Shown here piece after piece: positions 62,663-64,000 of a DNA stretch of 64,000 nt. Below the pieces are notes generated by a model, which was not told the DNA's origin, did not search any database, and saw nothing but the letters and a program-made list of their open reading frames with translations. Numbering within the stretch: the stretch's first letter is position 1; each line of letters starts with the position of its first letter. Both the position numbers and the translations under genes were made by a program. The DNA is taken from NCBI GenBank assembly GCA_015680685.1, contig MNCI01002357.1:62001-126000 (forward strand), written 5' to 3'. The stretch is from Gnetum montanum. Lineage: Eukaryota; Plantae; Gnetophyta.

Positions 62663-64000
62663 TGATGAGTGGTGGGTATCCCTACACTCAACCATATGAA
62701 TTCGAGCGTTGCATGCACGATCTGGTTGAACTCCGTAGACTAAATTCCTACACACCCCATGGAACACTTGGGGTTAATTAATCATTGTCTTCCCAGACTT
62801 ACTTGTATGTGTTACGGTGTATGGTTAAGCAAGTCTGAGGTATATGATTTTTATGGTCTTTTATGTTTTCTATCTTCTGCACTACGAGGGAAGGGTTGAG
62901 AAACTAAGTCCTAACTCTAACTAATGTACTAAGTCTAAATTACCTAGCGTCAGCATCCATTCCCACTTACCGTACACACCCTGAACTATGCAACCATGGT
63001 TACCAAATGCTAATTGTTACTGGGATTCCATGCCTAACACATGTGCTCGAAGTGGTTGTACTAAGGTACTTAACTAACCTAAGCGTGATGAGCATCCATT
63101 CCTTGGCTATTCATACACATCCTTAAATGCTCATAACCAAGTCGTACTTATCCTGCATTCTAGGAGTTTAGGGTGAGAGAGACTAATTGCGATGAGCAAT
63201 CGATTCCTTTACTAACCGTACACATTCGTAAATGCTCATAATCAAGTCGTACTCATACTGCGCTACTATAGGAAATAAATAACATGTAAGAAATAACATG
63301 TAATAAAACCTATTCCATGTACTACAAGGTTTATCCACAAAGCTCGTCTTTATTTCCGTACACAACTTGTGTTCAGGTACAAAGATGCTCGAATAAAGAT
63401 TCATTCACTTGGGGACTCCTACTGCAAGCACATGGAAAATAATCTATCTCTGGAGTGATCAATCTGCCAGAGTTTCTCTACTTTTAGCCTAGGATGATGA
63501 ATAAGGGGAGTGCCGCCTCTTATTTATAGATATGACGGTGGACCACGATATCGCGTATGCGATATCGTAGAGGACAACGCGATATCGCGATGACCGCGAT
63601 ATCGCGTACTCAATATCACGTCCCATCATACCCCCATGACTAAATGAAAACTCATCCTCGAGTTAATTACAATAATATCATGTAGGTATGGGATTATTGA
63701 GGGAATGAAACTAATGGGATGGCATGTGAACGGATCATCATTACAAGACACAACAACTAGTGTTCATGAAAACAAGGGTGAACACCTTATTACATTGACA
63801 TCAGGCCACATTTGGTAGCTGAGAGAAAAGAGAAGAGAGAAGAGGAGAGAAGAAAAGAGAAGAAGTCTTACTGCTTCCAATTCTTAGATTGTGCCTTTTG
63901 TTGTTCATCTGTAAGTGCATCATCGATCTTGCTCCTTGCATAGCTGCTTCCAGTACTACTCCATTCCAAGTGCTCCCTCCAGATCCAGTCTGTTATTGAA
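62663..64000 (-). mobile_element. Element E: 3' LTR (62663-63628), PPT (63629-63645) and 3' internal end of a younger Athila-family element running off the window
   Basis: TGATGAG...CCCATCA termini; sequence right of the LTR matches that right of D's 3' LTR; no PBS on its left; CpG-rich. Confidence 0.85.

Noticed and set aside
62663-63628. This LTR as the 5' LTR of element D
   Set aside because: It has no PBS on its left, has a PPT and 3'-type sequence on its right, and is much younger-looking than 51698-52638.

Overview
This window is CpG-depleted plant repetitive DNA, probably from a large genome such as a gymnosperm or fern (inference). It consists almost entirely of nested, decayed Ty3/Gypsy LTR retrotransposons on the minus strand, and I see no intact host gene. 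Reconstructed layout: (C) 1-~3980, truncated internal fragment of a Tat-clade element; (A) full-length Tat-clade element 6473-51273 (TSD AAAAC); (B) a related full-length element 15488-37903 nested in A (TSD GTAGT/ATAGT); a young Athila-type LTR 46062-46773 in A's gag (TSD CTTAT); a plus-strand RNase H relic ~51390-51680; (D) an Athila-like element from ~51698 with gag-pol and a spliced env-like ORF; and (E) the 3' end of a younger relative from 62663. The standout is the A/B/C family. Its gag-protease and RT-RH-aRH-INT regions are separated by a ~11-kb spacer. The spacer carries an antisense gene of about 8 exons, seen in three copies, encoding an apparently inactive FCP1/NIF-type HAD phosphatase domain, a PMD/Transposase_32-like domain and a coiled coil. 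Two families of cis-repeats recur at fixed positions in these elements. All frames were rebuilt by eye across C>T stop codons, so the domain calls need HMM or structural confirmation.
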